A stretch of DNA of 45,072 nt from Armatimonadota bacterium (GTDB taxonomy: Bacteria > Armatimonadota > UBA10988), in contig JACPDV010000418.1 of assembly GCA_016183835.1 (NCBI GenBank), positions 1 to 45,072 of the forward strand. The letters run 5' to 3'. Positions 39,761-45,072 of the stretch are shown here, one piece after another. The notes beneath the pieces are model-generated. The model was not told the origin of the DNA. It searched no databases and was given only the letters and a program-made list of their open reading frames with translations. Within the stretch, counting starts at the first letter, position 1. Every line of letters starts with the position of its first letter. The translations under genes and the position numbers were made by a program.

Positions 39761-40843
39761 TCACACAGCCAGCATCTCCCGCCGCCGCTCCACGTAGTAG
39801 AGGTAGTCCTCGTACGCGATGTCCGGCGGCAGGAAGTGGTCCACCATCGGGATGAACCCGCCCTCGCGCACCAGCGGCTCGAGCCGGCGCAGCTCGGCAT
39901 CGATCTCATCCCGCCCGGCCGCCACCGCGCGCTTGTCCACCCCGCCCATCATCGCCATCCGCGGGTGGCGGCGGCGCAGGTCCACCGGGTCTGAGCCGGC
40001 CGCGATCTCGAACGGATGCGCCCCGTCGATCCCCGCCTCCAGCCAGATCGGGAGCAGCTCGTCCACCCGCCCGTCGCTGTCCACCATGATCAGCTTCACC
40101 CCGTGCTCGCGCAGGTGCGACACCAGCTCCGCGTAGGCGGGGAGCATCAGCCGGCGGACGATCGCCGGCGACACCAGCGAGGCGCTCTTGTACGCCATGT
40201 CCTCCCAGATCTGGACGAAGTCGAGCGCCCCGGTGGCCAGCACCCGAGCCAGCACGTCCTTGGCGAACCGCACCCGGTCGCGAATCATCCGCTCCACCAG
40301 CGCCGGCTGCTCGTAGTAGGCGAGGCACAGGTTCTCGACCCCCATCAGCCCGCGCGGGAAGCCGAAAAAGGCGGGGAAGTGCACCCCCACGATCTCGCCC
40401 CGCCAGCGCCGCCAGCGCAGCTCCTCGTCGAAATCGGCCGGGTAGCGCGCCGGGTCGGTGCCGTCGAGCCGGGGGAGCAGCGCTTCGTAGTCGGCCTCGG
40501 TCTCCACCGGGAAGCGGATGAACTGCGGGATGGTGCGCATCCGCTTCTGCTGACGGAAGACCACGCCCTGGCCGTCGGAGACGGTCAGCTCGGTCTCGCT
40601 CTCCTCGAGCACGCGCGTCTCGAAGGGCGGAAACAGCTCGGTCTGGATGGGCAGCCAGTTGACGTTGAAGCTGCGGTCCAGACGGAGATAGTCCTCCAGG
40701 TGGCGGAGCCCTGTGACCCAGCGCGGGAGGCCCTCGTGGTGCCAGCGCTGGAGGGTCTCGTCCCACACGCCCATGTCCATCAGCGGCACCCGGTCCACCG
40801 GCTCGAAGGCCAGGCAGGCGAGGAAGCGCTCGCGCTCGGTCAT
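39761..40843 (-). CDS. Uroporphyrinogen-decarboxylase (URO-D)-family protein of unknown specificity
   Basis: The protein starts at ATG 40843 (MTERERFLACLAFEPVDRVPLMDMG), which overlaps the upstream stop (ATGA). The (beta/alpha)8 URO-D/MtaA-like pattern includes IWEDMAYK, IMVDSDG and GAHPFE. The upper part of the 748-aa track ORF is an out-of-frame shadow of the next gene. Confidence 0.7.
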   Translation of the reverse strand: MTERERFLACLAFEPVDRVPLMDMGVWDETLQRWHHEGLPRWVTGLRHLEDYLRLDRSFNVNWLPIQTELFPPFETRVLEESETELTVSDGQGVVFRQQKRMRTIPQFIRFPVETEADYEALLPRLDGTDPARYPADFDEELRWRRWRGEIVGVHFPAFFGFPRGLMGVENLCLAYYEQPALVERMIRDRVRFAKDVLARVLATGALDFVQIWEDMAYKSASLVSPAIVRRLMLPAYAELVSHLREHGVKLIMVDSDGRVDELLPIWLEAGIDGAHPFEIAAGSDPVDLRRRHPRMAMMGGVDKRAVAAGRDEIDAELRRLEPLVREGGFIPMVDHFLPPDIAYEDYLYYVERRREMLAV

Positions 40844-41946
40844 CGCCCCAGCTCCTCTCTGGCGATCGTGAGCCAGGTCTCGATCCGGCCGACGAACTCC
40901 TCCTCGCTGCCCAATGGCGTGAGGCCCGAGGTGCCGAGCGCCCAGTCGCGACCGTTCATCACCGCGGCCAGCTCGCGGAGCTTCGCGCGCATCGCCGGCG
41001 GCTTGTCCACCAGCACGTCGTTCGGGTGTACAAAGCGGTAGAAGTGCTTGGAGGCCGGCACGTGCTTGACGGTCTCCGCGGGGTCGGTCCAGGGGCTGAT
41101 CTCGAAGTGGTTGAGGGTCTTCACGCGCAGCATGTACTGCTGCACCGGCGCCTGGTTGCCGCACGAGTGGATCGAGCCGAGGCCGCCGTGGTGCTCCTCG
41201 ATCATCAGGTAGTACGGGAGCAGGAACTCCTCGAAGATGTGCGGGGAGATGTACGGGACGTAGATCCAGTCGTCGGCGACGCCGGTGGGGCCGACCTTCT
41301 CGCCGAGGTGGCGTGCGCGAGCGTCGTACCAGCGGCAGCGCTCCTCGACCAGCCGGCGCATCAGCGCGTGGACGAACTCCGGGCGCTCCACGGTGTCCAT
41401 GAGGAAGCCCTCCAGCCCGCGGAGCTGGATGGCCAGGTCGAGGCAGCCGCGGTTCCAGATGGGGAAGCCGATGTCGAGGCGCCCGGCGGCCAGCTCCACG
41501 AGGTCGTCGTACCAGCGGAGCATGCGGGGCATCCAGCCGGAAGTGTAGAAGTCGATGGGCGGGAGGTGGCGCAGGTCGGGATCGCTGCGCATGGGGTGTG
41601 CGGTATCGAGCAGCGGCACGCCGTTCGGCTGCACGCCCAGGCTCATGCCGAAAAAGGTGTACTCGGGGTAGTGCCCCAGCCAGGCGGGCACGTGGCGGCT
41701 GATCCGGGTGTCGTCCGGCACGCGGTCGAAGAACCAGAGCTTCTGGCGCAGCACCTGGGCCAGGTGGAACTCGGGGTCGCTGAAGTAGCGCCGCGCGTCG
41801 TAGCCGCAGAGGACGGTCCAGCCGATGGGGTCTTCCATCCCCACACCGATCCAGGGCTTGCCGCCGCGAGCCTGGTTGCGGTCCGAGGCCTCGGCCGTCA
41901 GCACTTCGTCGATGAGCACATCCACCCGGGTGTCGTACGTCCGCAT
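40840..41946 (-). CDS. URO-D-family protein, second divergent paralogue
   Basis: It has a similar length and barrel-like pattern (DWIYVPYISPHIFEEFLLPYY, IHSCGN, FEISPWTD). It is overlapped by the downstream paralogue in a 4-nt ATGA junction. Confidence 0.6.
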   Translation of the reverse strand: MRTYDTRVDVLIDEVLTAEASDRNQARGGKPWIGVGMEDPIGWTVLCGYDARRYFSDPEFHLAQVLRQKLWFFDRVPDDTRISRHVPAWLGHYPEYTFFGMSLGVQPNGVPLLDTAHPMRSDPDLRHLPPIDFYTSGWMPRMLRWYDDLVELAAGRLDIGFPIWNRGCLDLAIQLRGLEGFLMDTVERPEFVHALMRRLVEERCRWYDARARHLGEKVGPTGVADDWIYVPYISPHIFEEFLLPYYLMIEEHHGGLGSIHSCGNQAPVQQYMLRVKTLNHFEISPWTDPAETVKHVPASKHFYRFVHPNDVLVDKPPAMRAKLRELAAVMNGRDWALGTSGLTPLGSEEEFVGRIETWLTIAREELGR

Positions 41947-42049
41947 CTGCCTGCCCCGCGTCCCACTGCCGGCGAGGGTTGGCCGCGGGCGAGCGAATGC
42001 CTTCCACTCATGCGGCGCGAAGCGCCGCGCCGGTGGGTCACGTTGGCGC

Positions 42050-42078
42050 TTGCCATCCTGTCAAAATGACGGTATGCT
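42050..42078 (+). promoter_or_regulatory. Sigma70-like promoter of the AAA+/PD-(D/E)xK gene
   Basis: TTGCCA (42050-42055), a 17-nt spacer, then TATGCT (42073-42078). ATG 42089 lies 10 nt after the -10, implying a very short or absent leader. Confidence 0.35.
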
Positions 42079-42088
42079 CTCTGTCATT

Positions 42089-43309
42089 ATGACGGTGTAC
42101 CTGGCGCGCGAGCTGTCTCCCCGCTTGGAGCGAGCCCTCCGAGCGCTGCCGGTCGTGGTGCTCTCGGGCATGCGGCAGACCGGCAAGAGCACCCTATTGG
42201 AGAACGAGCCGGCCTTGGTTGCGGGTCGTCAGTATCGAACGCTGGACGATTACGACACACTGGCGGCGGCTCAGGCGGATCCGCGTGCTCTCCTCGACAG
42301 CGCCACCATCCTCGATGAAGTGCAGCGCTGCCCGGAGCTGCTCCTGGCGATCAAGCGGTGCGTCGACCAGGACCGGCAGCCGGGGCAGTTCGTCCTGTCT
42401 GGTTCGGCAAACCTGGCGCTGCTCGGGCACGTGGCCGAGACACTGGCCGGCCGCGCCGGGTACTTCACCCTTTATCCCATGACCCGCCGGGAGCGGCGGG
42501 GCTGGACGGGGGAGGCGCCGTTCATCACCCGCTTCCTCGACTCTCCGATGGCGCCGGCCGGCGTGGCCGAACCCGTGGGGGAGGGCGAGGTCTTGGCCGG
42601 CGGGCTGCCGCCGGCCTGTCTCGGCCCGGCCGACGCTGCGGCGGAGTGGTTCCGCGCGTACGTGCAGACCTATGTCGAACGCGACGTGCGCCAGCTCTCG
42701 CAGGTCACCGACTTGGTGGCGTTCCGCACGCTGGTGCAGTTGGCGGCCCTCCGCACCGGGCAGGTGCTCTCCATCAGCGGCGTCGCGCGCGACGCGCGGC
42801 TCACGGCCGAGACCGCCGGCCGCTGGTTGGGCCTGCTGGAGACGACGTTCCTCATCCGCCGCCTGCCCCCGTTCCTGAAGAACCGCAGCACGCGCCTCGT
42901 CAAGTCACCCAAGCTCCATTTCACCGACAGCGGTCTGGCGGCGCACCTGAGCGGGGTCACGGGCCTCCAGCCCGGCCGCGACGACCTGCTCCGCGGCGCC
43001 CTGTTCGAGACCTACGTGACGCAGAACCTGGCGGCGCTGCTGGAAGCCCACCGCCCCGACGCCCAACTGGCCTACTGGCACGAGCAGGGACGGCACGAGG
43101 TGGACCTGGTGATCGAGGACGGCCGGCAGGTGGTGGCCATCGAGGTCAAGGCTGCCACCCGCTGGACCGATCGTGACCTCTCCGGCCTGCGGGCCTTCCT
43201 CGACCGCACGCCGGCCTGCGTCGCCGCCGTACTGGCCCACAACGGCACCACCGCCGGCCGGCTGGGCGAGCGGCTGTGGGCCATTCCGATGGGCCACCTG
43301 CTCTCCTGA
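42089..43309 (+). CDS. AAA+ ATPase with C-terminal PD-(D/E)xK nuclease-like domain (AAA_14/DUF4143 type)
   Basis: The Walker A motif is LSGMRQTGKST and the Walker B-like motif is ATILDEVQ. The C-terminus reads HEVDLVIEDGRQVVAIEVKA (D...ExK). ATG 42089 (MTVYLAREL) lies just after a promoter-like TTGCCA-17-TATGCT, and ATG 42074 is an alternative start. The 5' part has visibly lower GC (about 58-63% per line). Confidence 0.75.
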   Translation: MTVYLARELSPRLERALRALPVVVLSGMRQTGKSTLLENEPALVAGRQYRTLDDYDTLAAAQADPRALLDSATILDEVQRCPELLLAIKRCVDQDRQPGQFVLSGSANLALLGHVAETLAGRAGYFTLYPMTRRERRGWTGEAPFITRFLDSPMAPAGVAEPVGEGEVLAGGLPPACLGPADAAAEWFRAYVQTYVERDVRQLSQVTDLVAFRTLVQLAALRTGQVLSISGVARDARLTAETAGRWLGLLETTFLIRRLPPFLKNRSTRLVKSPKLHFTDSGLAAHLSGVTGLQPGRDDLLRGALFETYVTQNLAALLEAHRPDAQLAYWHEQGRHEVDLVIEDGRQVVAIEVKAATRWTDRDLSGLRAFLDRTPACVAAVLAHNGTTAGRLGERLWAIPMGHLLS

Positions 43310-43319
43310 CCGGCACACG

Positions 43320-44438
43320 TCATCGCCTGGCCGCGCCGCCCGCGCGCAGCCGCTGCGCGTTCCACTTGCCCTGCTCCATCGGGCGGGCGATCTTGGGGTC
43401 GATCTGACCCGGCGGCCAGACGCCGTGGGAGCATTCGCAGAGCTGCCAGGAGCGGTCGAAGACCTGCACCGTGCTCCCCTCGGCGCCGGCGGCGCAGGCC
43501 AGTCCGGCGATCATGTGGTCTGGTCCGCCGAGCAGGATCACCTCGGTGGGCCCGGCGCCGTCGTCCACCAGGCAGGCGAACAGGAGCGCCTTCGTGTCGC
43601 AGTCGCCCCAGCCCGCGGAGAGCGCCTCGAGCGGCGGGAGCACGCCGCCCACGAACCGCCCGCGCACCGCCTCGGGCACCTGCTTGTAGGGCAGCTCCTG
43701 CACCAACGACAGCGCGGCGCGGACGAAGTCCCCGGCGCCGGTGGCCGCGTGCAACTGCCGTGCCACCTCGCGCATCCGCGGCCGGTTCCAGCGCCACAGG
43801 GTGGGCATGTCGGTGACCACCGTGTGCGCGTCCTTGTAGGCGAAGCCGCGCTCCAGGAGCTTGCGCCGGTGGGCCTCCTCCTGCGCGCGGAGATCGGCCT
43901 GCATGGCGGCGTCGGCCTCGGCTTTGAGGCGCGCCATCTCGGCGGGGTCGCGCGCCTGCTCGGCGGTGTAGGAGATGGAGCGCCGCGCCTCGAACTGCTG
44001 CGGCTTGAGGAGCTGCGGGTCACAGCCGAACTCCTGCTGCGAGGCGGCCAGCCCGGCCCGCGGGAAGCTCAGCCGGCAGGTGCGCTTGACGCGGTCGAAG
44101 TCGGTCCAGGTGAAGCTGCACTGGGTCATGCCAGTCTCGCTAGGGCGGGGCGTGGGCTTCGTCGGCTTGGATCTGGGCGATGGCCGGGTGGGCTTGGCGG
44201 GCAGCTCGGGCGGCGCGGCGGGCTTGGGCGGGACGCAGCCGGACACGAGGACGCCGAAGACGCACACGAGCCACGTCGTTGCCCCAGTGCGCCGTGCGCC
44301 ACCCCCTCCTTGCCAAGGAGGGGGCAGGGGGAGGTCCAGTCCAAGCTCGCCGGGGAAGCCCGTGGACTGGACCTCACCCCAGCCCTCTCCTTGGCAAGGA
44401 GCGGGGGCCGGACTTGCCACGACCCGCGCTTCCGCCAT
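43320..44438 (-). CDS. Lipoprotein with a transglutaminase-like/papain-fold Cys core; start codon uncertain
   Basis: The ORF starts at ATG 44438, immediately adjacent to the upstream stop. The lipobox signal (RRTGATTWLVCVFGVLVSGC) appears only after REP-like element E (44302-44407), which lies inside the ORF. A P/K-rich linker follows. GWGDCDTKALLFACLV ... GGPDHMIAG resembles a Cys-His core. Confidence 0.55.
   Translation of the reverse strand: MAEARVVASPAPAPCQGEGWGEVQSTGFPGELGLDLPLPPPWQGGGGARRTGATTWLVCVFGVLVSGCVPPKPAAPPELPAKPTRPSPRSKPTKPTPRPSETGMTQCSFTWTDFDRVKRTCRLSFPRAGLAASQQEFGCDPQLLKPQQFEARRSISYTAEQARDPAEMARLKAEADAAMQADLRAQEEAHRRKLLERGFAYKDAHTVVTDMPTLWRWNRPRMREVARQLHAATGAGDFVRAALSLVQELPYKQVPEAVRGRFVGGVLPPLEALSAGWGDCDTKALLFACLVDDGAGPTEVILLGGPDHMIAGLACAAGAEGSTVQVFDRSWQLCECSHGVWPPGQIDPKIARPMEQGKWNAQRLRAGGAARR
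44302..44407. repeat. REP-like palindromic element copy E
   Basis: The left arm is 44302-44337 and the right arm is 44369-44407 (GGACCTCACCCCAGCCCTCTCCTTGGCAAGGAGCGGGGG). The spacer extends the stem (AGTCCA...TGGACT). Confidence 0.85.
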
Positions 44439-45072
44439 TCACGGCTCCCGCGGCTTCGGCGGCCTGAACTCGGCCCGTGGGGTGAGCGCCAGCCGGGCGA
44501 TCTGCAGCGCCGGCGCGTCGCCCGTCCAGCCCACCGGCAGGTCGTACCACGCCCGCAGCGTCACTGCCGTGCCCGTGTCCTTGGTGGTAAACGGCATCAT
44601 CGCGAACATGCCGCCCGCTCCCGGCGTGCCCGGCATCGCGATCAGGCTGGTCGACCTCACCCCGAGCAGGTCCACGAGCACCCGCGCGTGCCGCTCCGGC
44701 GTGCTGAAGTTCCAGAGGTAGGCGCTCAGCACGTACTCGGTGTCGGGCTGCAGCGCCACGCCGCGCCAGTACTGCCCCACGGGCGCCCCGTCCACGCCCG
44801 GCCGGGCGACCATCACGCGAGCGTCCGGAAACGGCCGGACCGGCGGCTCGACGAACGCCGGGCCGACCCGGGTCCAGCCCTCGGCGGTCTGCAGCCGGCC
44901 CGCGGCGTCCGGCTCCGAAGCCTGCTCGAAGTCGCCGTTGGCCGCCAGGTCGGCCACTTCGGTCCCCGGCTGTACCTGGCTCAGCGGCCACCAGCGCCCG
45001 CCGTTGACCGTGTAGTGCATCTCGGCGTCGGTGTTCTCCAGGTTGTCGGCGATCACCACCCAGCCCTGCGCG
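44439..45072 (-). CDS. Secreted protein fragment with a CBM4_9/galactose-binding-like domain; 5' end lies outside the window
   Basis: The reading frame stays open to the window end (AQGW precedes the GTG at 45059). NGDFEQA...GW and YVLSAYLW are typical of CBM4_9-like jelly rolls. The stop TGA is at 44439-44441. Confidence 0.6.
   Translation of the reverse strand, partial: AQGWVVIADNLENTDAEMHYTVNGGRWWPLSQVQPGTEVADLAANGDFEQASEPDAAGRLQTAEGWTRVGPAFVEPPVRPFPDARVMVARPGVDGAPVGQYWRGVALQPDTEYVLSAYLWNFSTPERHARVLVDLLGVRSTSLIAMPGTPGAGGMFAMMPFTTKDTGTAVTLRAWYDLPVGWTGDAPALQIARLALTPRAEFRPPKPREP

Noticed and set aside
40844-42007. The upper part of the 748-aa minus-strand ORF 39761-42007.
   Set aside because: It is out of frame with the well-formed URO-D-like gene 40840-41946 and is R/P/A-rich. 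The downstream URO-D-like protein starts at ATG 40843 (MTERERF...).
1-45072. A search for integrase, transposase, phage structural genes, tRNA/rRNA and CRISPR-cas.
   Set aside because: No ORF with recognisable motifs of these classes was found. The mobile-looking features present are non-autonomous repeats and two lower-GC inserts.

Overview
This is a 45,072-nt, very GC-rich fragment (about 70% by eye, with third codon positions almost always G/C). It comes from a diderm bacterium, judged from several lipobox signal peptides and an LptF/LptG-type permease. I call 34 protein-coding units: 2 are partial at the window edges and 2 look decayed. I see no rRNA, tRNA, CRISPR array, transposase or integrase. 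Most long ORFs in the six-frame track are antisense or out-of-frame shadows, as expected in high-GC DNA. Layout from 5' to 3': (i) 1-6651 is a four-gene unit joined by 4-nt start/stop overlaps: a STAND ATPase/TPR regulator (partial), a multidomain membrane protein whose 9-TM core carries the presenilin/signal-peptide-peptidase signature (xD ... GxGD ... PAL), a tetra-haem c-type cytochrome, and a small lipoprotein. (ii) About 6.7-26.5 kb is a glycan-degradation and sugar-acid region. On the plus strand it holds a TIM-barrel isomerase, a glucuronokinase-like GHMP kinase, an LptF/G-like permease fused in frame to a heparinase II/III-like lipoprotein across a 94-bp direct repeat, a second heparinase II/III-like protein, a 1,265-aa CBM9-like/LamG/TIM-barrel protein, a Gfo/Idh/MocA oxidoreductase, two lipoproteins and a GH5 remnant. 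On the minus strand it holds an M48 protease, an enolase-superfamily dehydratase, a FucU-like mutarotase and an NAD epimerase. (iii) Between the two heparinase paralogues sits a lower-GC two-gene cassette with its own extended -10 promoter. Its larger product ends in a HEPN-like Rx4-6H domain. This is my best candidate for an undescribed toxin or defence-type module. (iv) leuC-leuD follow. (v) The rest encodes more secreted glycan-related proteins (beta-helix, CBM9+DUF4091-like), an MBL-fold hydrolase, two overlapping URO-D-like genes, an AAA+/PD-(D/E)xK ATPase and a transglutaminase-like lipoprotein. The 30-45 kb part carries five copies of a ~100-160-bp palindromic REP/MITE-like element; one copy has 12-bp terminal inverted repeats and a perfect 8-bp flanking duplication. 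All family assignments come from recognising motifs by eye. Nothing was searched against a database, and GC values are estimates from individual 60-nt lines.
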